Below, in pieces: positions 38,834-48,067 of a stretch of 64,000 bases of DNA. A model generated the notes under the pieces. The model did not search any database. It was not told where the DNA came from and saw only the letters and a program-made list of their open reading frames with translations. Source of the stretch: an uncultured Flavobacteriales bacterium (GTDB taxonomy: Bacteria > Bacteroidota > Bacteroidia > Flavobacteriales_G > Salibacteraceae); contig CAJXZP010000003.1 of NCBI GenBank assembly GCA_913062955.1, positions 45,883-109,882 of the forward strand, in the 5' to 3' direction. The translations under genes were made by a program, and so were the position numbers. Every line of letters starts with the position of its first letter. Position 1 is the first letter of the stretch.

Positions 38834-40258
38834 ATGAACTTAACGAAACAAGAGATAAACAAATTGAATGATTCCGGAATTTCAGAATCCACGATCCAAA
38901 AACAATTCTTAAAGTTAGTAAATGGACCTGCAAACCTTGATTTAAAAAGGGCATGTGTGATCGGTGATGGTATTGAAAAAATTTCCGTAGCTGATTTTGA
39001 TACCTATCAATCCATTTATCAGAAAGGAGTGCTTAAGAATGTAATTTCAATTTTCACCCCTGCTTCAGGTGCAGCTACTCGGATGTTTAAACATTTATTA
39101 AATCCAGAATCAAATCCTGATTTATATGGTGCGTTTATTAAAAACTTAGAACGTTTTGCTTTCTTCCATGAAATGGAACGGATGAATAAGTCGTCTATCG
39201 AAGAAAAGGTTCAGTTTATTTTAAATCCAGAAGGATTGAATTATGCAAAACTTCCTAAAGCATTGATTAGTTTTCATAAGTATGGAAATGAAGTTTTGAA
39301 GGCTATTGATGAGCAGTTAGTGGAGGGGATAGCATATATAAATTCAGATTCAAAATGTCGTTTTCATTTTACAATCTCACCCGAACATGAAAATTTGATA
39401 AAAACTCATTTGGCTCCAATCATAAAAGCCTTAGAAGTTACCCATGAAATAGAAATTCTAGTTGAATATTCATTTCAAGAAAGTTATACCGACACCATTG
39501 CCTTGCAACCAAATGGTGAATTGGTAAGAGATGAAATGGGCGAGTTGCTTCTTCGTCCTGGGGGACATGGTTCATTGATCTATAATTTAAATGGTATGGA
39601 ATCCAATATTGTCTTTATTAAAAATATTGATAATATCGCTCGAAAGGAACTCCACCCAAGAGTAATTCAGTATAAACGGATTATTGGTGGGTATTTGATG
39701 GATATCCAAACGAGGGTTTTTGACATTTTGAGAGAATTGGAAGTAGAAGTATCTGCTAATCGCTTAGAAGATATGGTCGCCCTTTTTGAACGGAATTGGA
39801 ACTTGAAGTTACCCTCCAGTCAAGACGAACTTATCCTAGCGTTGAACAAACCAATCCGGGTTTGTGGGATGGTTAAAAATGAAGGTAAAGCCGGTGGAGG
39901 ACCGTTTTGGGTAGGGGATACTCCGCAAATCGTAGAAAGTGCACAAATGAATACGAGTCTACCTGAGGTAAAAGATATGTTGGTAAAAGCATCTCATTTT
40001 AACCCTGTTGATTTGGTGTGTGGAATTAAAAATTACAAAGACGAAAAATTTAACCTTCTGGATTTTACAGATGATCAATCCTTCTTTGTAAGTGAAAAAT
40101 CCTATTTAGGACAGGAAATAAAAGTATTGGAGCACCCGGGCTTGTGGAATGGAGCCATGGCAAATTGGTTAACCTTTTTTATTGAGGTACCGGTAGTCAC
40201 ATTTAACCCTGTTAAAACGGTAAACGATTTATTACTCCCTTCACACTGTGACCTCTAA
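38834..40258 (+). CDS. DUF4301 family protein
   Basis: Start moved to MNLTKQ. PASGAATRMFK, RPGGHGSLI, IKNIDN, GGGPFW, HFNPVDLVC, LWNGAM, FNPVKTVNDLL. Confidence 0.9.
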   Translation: MNLTKQEINKLNDSGISESTIQKQFLKLVNGPANLDLKRACVIGDGIEKISVADFDTYQSIYQKGVLKNVISIFTPASGAATRMFKHLLNPESNPDLYGAFIKNLERFAFFHEMERMNKSSIEEKVQFILNPEGLNYAKLPKALISFHKYGNEVLKAIDEQLVEGIAYINSDSKCRFHFTISPEHENLIKTHLAPIIKALEVTHEIEILVEYSFQESYTDTIALQPNGELVRDEMGELLLRPGGHGSLIYNLNGMESNIVFIKNIDNIARKELHPRVIQYKRIIGGYLMDIQTRVFDILRELEVEVSANRLEDMVALFERNWNLKLPSSQDELILALNKPIRVCGMVKNEGKAGGGPFWVGDTPQIVESAQMNTSLPEVKDMLVKASHFNPVDLVCGIKNYKDEKFNLLDFTDDQSFFVSEKSYLGQEIKVLEHPGLWNGAMANWLTFFIEVPVVTFNPVKTVNDLLLPSHCDL

Positions 40259-40506
40259 GAGTAATCTTGTCCAGCCATATACAGACCGAAAAAAGTGGAC
40301 CAAAAAACGGCTATTAATACAAATCCAATAAGGTAAAATATTAGGGAGGCTTTTGCCCAATTTGCTTTGCTAGGAATCGTATTGGATCCAAATGCCCATA
40401 CAGATAGCATGATGATGCCTACTAGCGGAATACTAGAAATAAACAAGCTAATAATCCAATCTGAAACGGTTACGTGGTTTTCTTTAAGGTCTTCTTCTAA
40501 ATGCAT
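40255..40506 (-). CDS. Small membrane protein (83 aa)
   Basis: Start moved to MHLEED. Two hydrophobic segments, IPLVGIIMLSVWAFG...KANWAKA. Confidence 0.7.
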   Translation of the reverse strand: MHLEEDLKENHVTVSDWIISLFISSIPLVGIIMLSVWAFGSNTIPSKANWAKASLIFYLIGFVLIAVFWSTFFGLYMAGQDYS

Positions 40507-40531
40507 AGTACGTTTTTTTGTGCGTACTAAG

Positions 40532-41674
40532 TTAATCAAATTCGTAATAGTCAGAAGGTAAGGTTTCATTTCGTAGGTCATCCAATTGCTTGTTTTGGGA
40601 AATAAACTTTGGCCAATGTTTACTTTGATCCTTGGCATTCATGTATCGTATAATCTCATCTATTTGAGAAATAAGCTTAATAGATGAAATTTCTTGTTGA
40701 AAAATAGAAAGCTTTTTTGAAACTCGTTCCTTTAACCGTAAGGGTATAATTTGAATATTGTAATGGATAGGACGTTCTAAAAGATTAATATAAATATCCT
40801 CTTCTGAAATGAGATCCTCGTGTAAACAGGTTTGAATTAATTCGGGTAACAGTTCTACATTCAATACGGATATAGTAGGTGCAATTTCAAGTTGGAGATG
40901 GCTTAATTTTTTGGCTTGCTTAAAATTTGAAACAATGGATTCCCAATTTGAGTTGGTCCGTATATAAGATGCCGTTTCTCCCTGGGCATCCAAACTGGCC
41001 ATGATTTGAATATTTTCGAATTTTCTCCATAAATCAAGAATTGACTCTCCTTTGTATTTTAAGAGGGTGAAATTTGTGTTATACCGAAGCTTGATTTTTG
41101 TTACCTCATTTTTAATGAGCCATTTCAACAATCGGTAATGCTCCTCCATTACCAAGGGCTCACCTCCCGCAAAATAGAACTCTTGGGCGTGTAATAAATA
41201 AGGGCCCGATTTTGAAATAAAACGATCAAAATCGGTGATGTTTTTAATGATTGCTTTCTGTCCTTTATTCGTCCGTAGTTTTTTTGCGTCCTCAAACCAA
41301 GAAGAGCTTGCTCCGTGCCAGCAACTGCGACATTTTAAATTACACACATTAGAAAACCGAATATCAAAATAGATCGGAGTTGGAGTTTCAAAATTAAGGG
41401 GTGTATCCTTGAATTTCTTATGGGTTTCTTGACGTATACTGGTCGCTCCTGATTCTTCCAACTTATAACAGTTGGCACATCTTTTATCGATTTTACCTGC
41501 TTTAAATGTGGACCGAAGTGATTGAATGGCTTTCGAATCCCATATTTCCTTTACTTCTTGTTTATTGATGTTTCCGAATGGAATATTGGCTACACAACAG
41601 GCTTTTGCAATTCCATCATCTCCTATATGAAGGTGGATCCATGGCATTAAACAATATGGTTTTTCATCACTCAT
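40532..41674 (-). CDS. Radical SAM protein with N-terminal twitch/SPASM-like Fe-S domain
   Basis: Start moved to MSDEKP. CLMPW...CC...CANC N-terminal cysteines; CNLKCRSC SAM cluster motif; AGGEPL; YNTN. Confidence 0.88.
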   Translation of the reverse strand: MSDEKPYCLMPWIHLHIGDDGIAKACCVANIPFGNINKQEVKEIWDSKAIQSLRSTFKAGKIDKRCANCYKLEESGATSIRQETHKKFKDTPLNFETPTPIYFDIRFSNVCNLKCRSCWHGASSSWFEDAKKLRTNKGQKAIIKNITDFDRFISKSGPYLLHAQEFYFAGGEPLVMEEHYRLLKWLIKNEVTKIKLRYNTNFTLLKYKGESILDLWRKFENIQIMASLDAQGETASYIRTNSNWESIVSNFKQAKKLSHLQLEIAPTISVLNVELLPELIQTCLHEDLISEEDIYINLLERPIHYNIQIIPLRLKERVSKKLSIFQQEISSIKLISQIDEIIRYMNAKDQSKHWPKFISQNKQLDDLRNETLPSDYYEFD

Positions 41675-41783
41675 GACTGCAAATAAAACATAATAATACG
41701 ATAGATGTTTTTGATAACTAGAATTATCAATAGTCTTAGATAAATAGGGCAATAGTTTTACATTTGAATTTAAAATTACACAC

Positions 41784-42557
41784 ATGATTACGCTAATTTC
41801 ACCAGCAAAAACACTTGATTTAGATTCCAAAATCCCTATGGTTGAGGCCTCTTCCTATGCATTTAATTCGGAGTCGGTACGGATAATGAAAAAGTTAAAA
41901 TCGTTATCTAGAAAAAAAATTGCGGAATTAATGAATTTGAGTGAGAAATTGGCGAATTTGAATTACCAACGATTTCATATGTGGTCAGAAAATCCGGATG
42001 ATGAAAACCTTCGTCAAGCAATTTTTATGTTTAAAGGGGAAGTTTACCTTGGGTTAGATGCCCCTAATTTGAAAACGGAAGAATTACAATTCGCACAAAA
42101 TCACCTTCGTATTTTATCTGGACTATATGGGTATCTAAAACCCTTGGATGAAATTCAGCCCTATCGGTTGGAGATGGGTACCGGAATTGCCGTGGGAAGG
42201 AATAAGAACTTGTATCAATTTTGGGGGCGTAAAATTGCACAATTGATCAATTTAGAATTAAAGAATCAGGAAGAGCAAACTATTGTTAATTTGGCATCAA
42301 ACGAATATTTTAAGGCCGTAAACCCAAAAGAAATAAAAGGGGGAATTATTACCCCCATTTTTAAAGATTATAAAAATGGAAACTACAAAGTGATTTCATT
42401 TTTTGCTAAAAACGCAAGAGGTGTCATGGCAAAGTGGATAATTCAAAACAAAATTGAGAAAGCTTCAGACCTGATCCATTTTAACGAAAACGGATATCGT
42501 TTTAATGAGTTGATGAGTACTTCCAATGATTTCGTTTTTACGAGAGAACAAACCTAA
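41784..42557 (+). CDS. yaaA: Peroxide stress protein YaaA (UPF0246)
   Basis: ISPAKTLD, ILSGLYG.L.PLD.IQPYRLEMG, NLASNEYFKAV, ISFFAK.ARG. Confidence 0.93.
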   Translation: MITLISPAKTLDLDSKIPMVEASSYAFNSESVRIMKKLKSLSRKKIAELMNLSEKLANLNYQRFHMWSENPDDENLRQAIFMFKGEVYLGLDAPNLKTEELQFAQNHLRILSGLYGYLKPLDEIQPYRLEMGTGIAVGRNKNLYQFWGRKIAQLINLELKNQEEQTIVNLASNEYFKAVNPKEIKGGIITPIFKDYKNGNYKVISFFAKNARGVMAKWIIQNKIEKASDLIHFNENGYRFNELMSTSNDFVFTREQT

Positions 42558-42598
42558 AAAAAAAGGCCGTCCTTCTCGAATGAATGGACAGCCTTTTT
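42557..42598. terminator. Bidirectional intrinsic terminator between yaaA and microprotein B
   Basis: AAAGGCCGTCC / GGACAGCCTTT stem with an A-run before and a T-run after. Confidence 0.75.
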
Positions 42599-42618
42599 AC
42601 CTAAAACTAACCCTAAAA

Positions 42619-42771
42619 CTAAACAGTTTGAATATCGTACGATATAATGGAAGCATCCGGGTAAACGGCTTTCCAGATTTTATAATCTGTTAGGGACCTA
42701 AGATGAAGAATAATAGGGCCCTTTACCCGAACCTTTATTATTTCTTGAAGTCTTGAATCTGTTGTTTCCAT
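42619..42771 (-). CDS. Unannotated 50-aa microprotein B (METTDSRLQEIIKVRVKGPIILHLRSLTDYKIWKAVYPDASIISYDIQTV)
   Basis: Hand-translated. ATG preceded by a long A-run; 14/33 ungapped identity to the adjacent microprotein A; followed by a terminator. Confidence 0.75.
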   Translation of the reverse strand: METTDSRLQEIIKVRVKGPIILHLRSLTDYKIWKAVYPDASIISYDIQTV

Positions 42772-42784
42772 TTTTTTTTTTTGT

Positions 42785-42814
42785 AAAAAACTGCCCTGCT
42801 TTACCAGGGCAGTT
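42785..42814 (-). terminator. Hairpin with U-tract between microproteins A and B
   Basis: Perfect 10-bp stem AACTGCCCTG / CAGGGCAGTT followed on the minus strand by a T-run. Confidence 0.72.
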
Positions 42815-42849
42815 CACCTAAAACATAACGGAGTTTCTTAACCCTGCTA

Positions 42850-42996
42850 TTATGAAATTATTACTGCGTTTGGATATAAGTTTTTCCAATAATCAAACCG
42901 AGTCATATCCTTTAATGTGATGATTGTTTTATGATCTAATCTGATTTTGATTTTTCTGACAATTTTATCTGTTAAGTTTTTTCCTGAGTCTAACAT
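42850..42996 (-). CDS. Unannotated 48-aa microprotein A (MLDSGKNLTDKIVRKIKIRLDHKTIITLKDMTRFDYWKNLYPNAVIIS)
   Basis: Hand-translated. A-rich leader, TAA TAG double stop, downstream hairpin, homology to microprotein B. Confidence 0.78.
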   Translation of the reverse strand: MLDSGKNLTDKIVRKIKIRLDHKTIITLKDMTRFDYWKNLYPNAVIIS

Positions 42997-43266
42997 AAGT
43001 TTCGTTTTTTTTTGAATGGTTTTAAAGTTGTTTGATTGAGTTTACGATGTTGAACCAATAAATGTTCTGTAACATTCTAGTTTTTAACGGTTGTTAACAG
43101 GGAGGTGTTTTTTCATTTAAGCCTAAGTAACGTACGTCACTGATAATGTGCGTGTTGATGGATAGTGGTTCGTGTGGAGATAATGATAAATAAATCGGAT
43201 AATTGGCAGATTTTATTTGGGACACCTTGGTTTAGAGAATACCTTGTCGGCATAATTTTACATGCT

Positions 43267-46200
43267 ATGAAAAAAGGATTCATCATCATTCCGGGCTTTC
43301 TGTTGTTCTGCCTCTTAATTTTGTTTCAATTTGGGTTTTCCCAATCAATGAATACACTCCAGTTAAAAAGTGGTAATTATCAACTTACTCCCAATATGGA
43401 GAAAATTGAACTGACACATTTATGGAGTAGTAAATTTCAAGAATCCTATTTTGTTTTAGTTCATTTTAAAGTGATCCCAACAACTCAACAGAAAAATAGT
43501 TTGTCTGACTTAGGGGTTTCTTTAAGAGATTATTTGCCCGAAAATTCCTTTTTAGCAGAATTGGAAGCGAATACGAATTTGGATCGTTTAGTGGAATTTG
43601 GAATAGATGGAATTTATTGGGTAAGGCCAGAGTTTAAGATGAGTTATCAAATTCTTCAAGAAGATTACCCAGAACATGCTCTAAATGGAGATAGATTAAA
43701 AATGGTAGTTCAAAATCATCCAATAGAAGATTTGAATATGAAATCTGTTTTTGCAGAATTTCAGGCCGTTTTAATAAAATCGTATTCCTACTCTCAATTA
43801 AACACCATTGAAATTCCAATTCATGAAATACAAAATTTGGCAAAACTTCCATTTATTAAATACATGGAAATAATTGCACCTGATCCGGTACCCGAAGACT
43901 TGGTAGGAGAAACGAATCATAGAATGAATTACATTTCGAATTCAACGACTAATGCAATCCCTTTTAATGGAACAGGGGTTTGGTTGGCTGTGGGAGATGA
44001 CGGTGCTATGGGACCACATATCGATTATAAGGGAAGAATGGATTTATCAAGTGTTGGTGCAAGTACGGGTACCCACGGTGATCACGTTGCTGGAATTATG
44101 ATGGGGGCTGGAAACATTGACCCAGATGCTAGAGGTATGGCTTGGGGGGCTGATATTAAAGTTTATGATGTGTGGGATGCTGTAAATAGTACACCCATCA
44201 GTTATTTTAACCCAGGAGTTATAGTTACTTCCACCTCCTACGGCAATGGGTGCAATGCGGGCTATACTAGTTTTGCACAATCGGCAGACCAACAAGTTCG
44301 ACAAATGCCCAACTTAATGCATGTGTTTTCCGCTGGAAATTCAGGAACGTCCAATTGTGGTTATGGGGCCGGTTCGGGTTGGGGGAATATCACCGGAGGA
44401 ATCAAATCGGGTAAAAATGTTTTAGCCGTTGGAAATGTTACCGCCAATAATCAGCTATCAAGCTCTAGTTCTAGAGGTCCTGCGAGTGATGGTCGAATAA
44501 AGCCCGATATCTGCGCCAATGGAACACAGGTAAATTCTTGTTTCCCAGACAATCAGTATACGAGCAGTTCGGGTACTTCAATGGCGGCTCCAGGGGTTTC
44601 TGGTACATACGGAGCCTTAGTACAAGCCTATAGGGTCTTAAATGGTGGAGCTACCCCGAGTTCTGATTTGGTGAAAGGTGCGATGTTAAATACAGCGGAT
44701 GATTTAGGTAACCCGGGGCCTGATTTTAAATTTGGTTGGGGACGCCTAAATGCAAGAAAGGTGTTAAACGTTTTTGAAAACAATACGTTTATGTTGGACT
44801 CTATTGGACAAGGAGGGTCTAACCTACATTCTATTCTTGTTCCTTCCGGTGTGGATCAAGTGAAAATAATGGTGTACTGGAATGATTATGAAGGCGCAAT
44901 TCAATCCTCTAAGGCGCTGGTGAATAACTTAGACATGACCGTAACTAGCCCAGTGGGTTCGATCTCATTTCCCTTTGTTTTAGACCCAACTCCTATTGCG
45001 TCAAATCTAAATACGCCCGCAACCAATGGGGTAGATACCCTAAATAATATGGAACAAATAGTGTTAAATGCTCCAATTGCAGGTAACTATATTATTGATA
45101 TTTCAGGTACAAGTGTTCCACAAGGAATTCAAAAGTATTATGTGATTTATGAGTTTATTACTTCCGATATTATAGTAACCTATCCTACAGGTGGAGAGGG
45201 TTTTGTTCCGGGAACCAGTGAGATTATCCGTTGGGATGCCTCCGAAGGAGTCCAGAATTTCCAAATTGAGTATACCTTAGACAGTGGTTTAAATTGGATC
45301 AATATGGCCAATGTAAACGGGACATCCAGACAAGTAACTTTTAGTGTTCCCAATGTAGTTACTGGAAATGCGAAAATTAGAATAATTCGGAGTGGAATAA
45401 GTGGAGAATCAAAAATGTATTTTTCAATCATTGGGGTTCCCACCGATATTGAGGTCATTTCTTTATGCCCAAATAGCTTTGATCTAAAATGGAGTTCTGT
45501 GCCTGGGGCAACAGCGTACGAAGTGAGCGTTTTAGGAAGTAAGTATATGGATTCAGTGATCACAGTTATGGATACTTTTGCAACGGTTATTGGTTTCTCT
45601 GCGGGTATAGAACATTGGGTGAGTGTGAAGGCAAAAACAAATGATGCGATCGGAAAAAGAGCCTATGCGATTCAAAAACAAGCCGGGGTATGGAATTGCA
45701 TTTTAAATGAAGATATTGGATTGGAATTGATTTCCCCTTCATCTGGGGTGGTGCCAAGTTGCGTTTCTGGAAAACCAAGATTTGTGACGGTTAAGTTGAA
45801 AAATAACGGGCTTTCTTCCGTGACAAATGTCGGTATGAATATGCAAATTAACAATGGCGCCATAAACAATGAAATTTATTACGGTATTATTTTACCAGGC
45901 GATTCCGTGTATTTTTCTTTTGCCGATGATATTACCTTACCCGTAACAGAACAAAGAGTGGATTATTCAATTTGGAAGGATGGGATGGATGATAACCCTT
46001 TGAATGATTCCATTATTGATCATTTCTCTATTCGAACTTCTACGAGCATTTCCTTAGGGTATTCAACAGACTTTCAAGATCAAATCACCTGTAGCACGGC
46101 AAGTAATTGTGGGCTTGGAATATGCAATTTAACGGACTGGATTAACGCAGAGAATGGCGTGGATGATGCGATTGACTTTAGAACTAATCGTGGGGGGACT

Positions 46201-47340
46201 GTTTCCGGGAGTACTGGGCCAGATGCTGGACACACCACCGGATCTTCTACCGATAAATATGTGTATTTAGAAGCATCGGGTTCCTGCGAATTTATGCGTG
46301 CAGATCTTTTGTCTCCTTGTTTCAATTTGGAAAATACAATTCAACCAGAGGCAAGTATTTGGTACCATATGTATGGGAGCGAAATGGGAGATTTACATTT
46401 TGATGTTTTGGTAAATGCAATGTGGGAATTAGATGTGATTCCTAGTATTTCAGGGAATCAAGGTACTAGTTGGAAAAAGGCCATCATTGATTTATCGGAT
46501 TATGTAGGACAAAACAATATTGTGATTAGATTCAGAGCTATCACGGGCTCTGGATATCGAAGTGATATTTCTTTAGACGATTTTGAAATAAAGGAAACGA
46601 TGTCTGGGATTTTTTCGGACACTACATTTTGCCAAGGGATGGCCGGCAACATTTCATCCATTGGATTTAGTAGTGGGGCAAGCTACTCTTGGAACTTTGG
46701 AGCCAATTCAAATCCATCCAGTTCTGTGACTTCAGGCCCCCATTTAGTTACCTACAATACACATGGGACGAAACAAATCACGGTAGATGTAATCGATAAC
46801 GGGATTACCCAGAGTTTTACGAATACCATCCTGGTCCTGGAATCAGCTACAGTGAGCTTTGATACGCAGCATGTTGCTGATGATCAAATACAATTTATCA
46901 ATACCACTGTAGGGGCCATTCGCTCGTTTTGGGAATTTGGAGATGGCGGAAGCTCTCGTCAATTTAATGATGCTCATACTTACGCTATTTCGGGTATTTA
47001 TACCGTCAGTTTAACCTCTGAAAATGCATGTGGAAGTTCAATGGCGATCAAAGATATGTATGTGGGTATAGTTGGAGTAGAGGATGATTTAAAGGGGGGC
47101 AATGAGATTTCGGTTTATCCAAATCCTTCCAGTGGAAAGATCCAGGTACACGTATTAGTAAATTCAGAAGTTATTGGATTAGATATTTTTGATATGAAAG
47201 GAGTTCAAGTATTTGCAACAAATGAAAGTCCAATTAACAATATATGGAACCTGGACTTAACCTATTTGTCGGTAGGTGTTTATATGGTACGGGTGCGTAC
47301 CCTATTTGAGACCATAAACCATAAGATAGTGATTGAATAA
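43267..47340 (+). CDS. S8 (subtilisin-like) serine peptidase with MAM, PKD and T9SS C-terminal sorting domains
   Basis: Start moved to MKKGF. Triad motifs AVGDDG, THGDHVAG, SGTSMAAP; MAM-like YVYLEASG...WYHMYG; PKD SFWEFGDG; CTD VYPNPSSG. Confidence 0.92.
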   Translation: MKKGFIIIPGFLLFCLLILFQFGFSQSMNTLQLKSGNYQLTPNMEKIELTHLWSSKFQESYFVLVHFKVIPTTQQKNSLSDLGVSLRDYLPENSFLAELEANTNLDRLVEFGIDGIYWVRPEFKMSYQILQEDYPEHALNGDRLKMVVQNHPIEDLNMKSVFAEFQAVLIKSYSYSQLNTIEIPIHEIQNLAKLPFIKYMEIIAPDPVPEDLVGETNHRMNYISNSTTNAIPFNGTGVWLAVGDDGAMGPHIDYKGRMDLSSVGASTGTHGDHVAGIMMGAGNIDPDARGMAWGADIKVYDVWDAVNSTPISYFNPGVIVTSTSYGNGCNAGYTSFAQSADQQVRQMPNLMHVFSAGNSGTSNCGYGAGSGWGNITGGIKSGKNVLAVGNVTANNQLSSSSSRGPASDGRIKPDICANGTQVNSCFPDNQYTSSSGTSMAAPGVSGTYGALVQAYRVLNGGATPSSDLVKGAMLNTADDLGNPGPDFKFGWGRLNARKVLNVFENNTFMLDSIGQGGSNLHSILVPSGVDQVKIMVYWNDYEGAIQSSKALVNNLDMTVTSPVGSISFPFVLDPTPIASNLNTPATNGVDTLNNMEQIVLNAPIAGNYIIDISGTSVPQGIQKYYVIYEFITSDIIVTYPTGGEGFVPGTSEIIRWDASEGVQNFQIEYTLDSGLNWINMANVNGTSRQVTFSVPNVVTGNAKIRIIRSGISGESKMYFSIIGVPTDIEVISLCPNSFDLKWSSVPGATAYEVSVLGSKYMDSVITVMDTFATVIGFSAGIEHWVSVKAKTNDAIGKRAYAIQKQAGVWNCILNEDIGLELISPSSGVVPSCVSGKPRFVTVKLKNNGLSSVTNVGMNMQINNGAINNEIYYGIILPGDSVYFSFADDITLPVTEQRVDYSIWKDGMDDNPLNDSIIDHFSIRTSTSISLGYSTDFQDQITCSTASNCGLGICNLTDWINAENGVDDAIDFRTNRGGTVSGSTGPDAGHTTGSSTDKYVYLEASGSCEFMRADLLSPCFNLENTIQPEASIWYHMYGSEMGDLHFDVLVNAMWELDVIPSISGNQGTSWKKAIIDLSDYVGQNNIVIRFRAITGSGYRSDISLDDFEIKETMSGIFSDTTFCQGMAGNISSIGFSSGASYSWNFGANSNPSSSVTSGPHLVTYNTHGTKQITVDVIDNGITQSFTNTILVLESATVSFDTQHVADDQIQFINTTVGAIRSFWEFGDGGSSRQFNDAHTYAISGIYTVSLTSENACGSSMAIKDMYVGIVGVEDDLKGGNEISVYPNPSSGKIQVHVLVNSEVIGLDIFDMKGVQVFATNESPINNIWNLDLTYLSVGVYMVRVRTLFETINHKIVIE

Positions 47341-47426
47341 CTCACGTGGTCACTATAGATCGCTTTGAGACGAGAAAAATTAATTGTATTTTCGTAAGGT
47401 TAAACCTAACGACAAAAATTATTATT

Positions 47427-47966
47427 ATGAAAAAGGGATTATTACTATTTATCGTGGCCGGACTTGGTTTTGGTGCATGTGATCAAATAGAAGAGATTGA
47501 AAACTTTGCGGTAGATCATAAATTTGAAAAAACAGTAGTTCTGGATATTTCAGAAACAGATCCAGATATGTTTTATGAAGATTTTTCTTTTGAAACAACG
47601 GATGACAAAGATTTTAGAGATAACCTTTCTAAAATTTCAAATTACTCGGTTAAAACATTGTCTTACCGTGTATCCGATTTTGCGGGTGCAGATGATATTT
47701 CTGCCATGGGATTGGTTCAATTTATGAACGAAACCAACAACATCGGTGACCCAATTGATTTAGGGAAAATTAATTTTCTTGATTTGAAAAATTCAGGTAC
47801 AGAAATTGAAATTCCAATATCTGATGAGTTAAAGACATTAATTCAAAATCAATTATTAGAAAATGATATGATTAAAATGCGCGTAGGGGCATTGGTTTCA
47901 GGAAAGCCATTTACAGCTGAGATGGTGTTAGCACTGGAAATTGAAGCACTGGTTAAAGCAAATTAA
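47427..47966 (+). CDS. Hypothetical lipoprotein
   Basis: Start moved to MKKGLLLF; lipobox FGAC. Confidence 0.75.
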   Translation: MKKGLLLFIVAGLGFGACDQIEEIENFAVDHKFEKTVVLDISETDPDMFYEDFSFETTDDKDFRDNLSKISNYSVKTLSYRVSDFAGADDISAMGLVQFMNETNNIGDPIDLGKINFLDLKNSGTEIEIPISDELKTLIQNQLLENDMIKMRVGALVSGKPFTAEMVLALEIEALVKAN

Positions 47967-47985
47967 TCTTCGCAAAAAAAAAGTT

Positions 47986-48022
47986 AATCCCCAATGAATT
48001 TGTTTCATCGGGGATTTTTTTT
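47986..48022 (+). terminator. Intrinsic terminator
   Basis: AATCCCCAATGAA / TTCATCGGGGATT stem (one mismatch) plus T-run. Confidence 0.72.
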
Positions 48023-48032
48023 GACCGAAAAA

Positions 48033-48063
48033 TTGGTGAAAGATAGAATAGAAGATAAATTTG
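48033..48063 (+). promoter_or_regulatory. sigma70 promoter for the ruvX-def operon
   Basis: ATTG, 19-nt spacer, TAAATTTG (48056-48063), immediately before ATG 48068. Confidence 0.5.
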
Positions 48064-48067
48064 TAAC

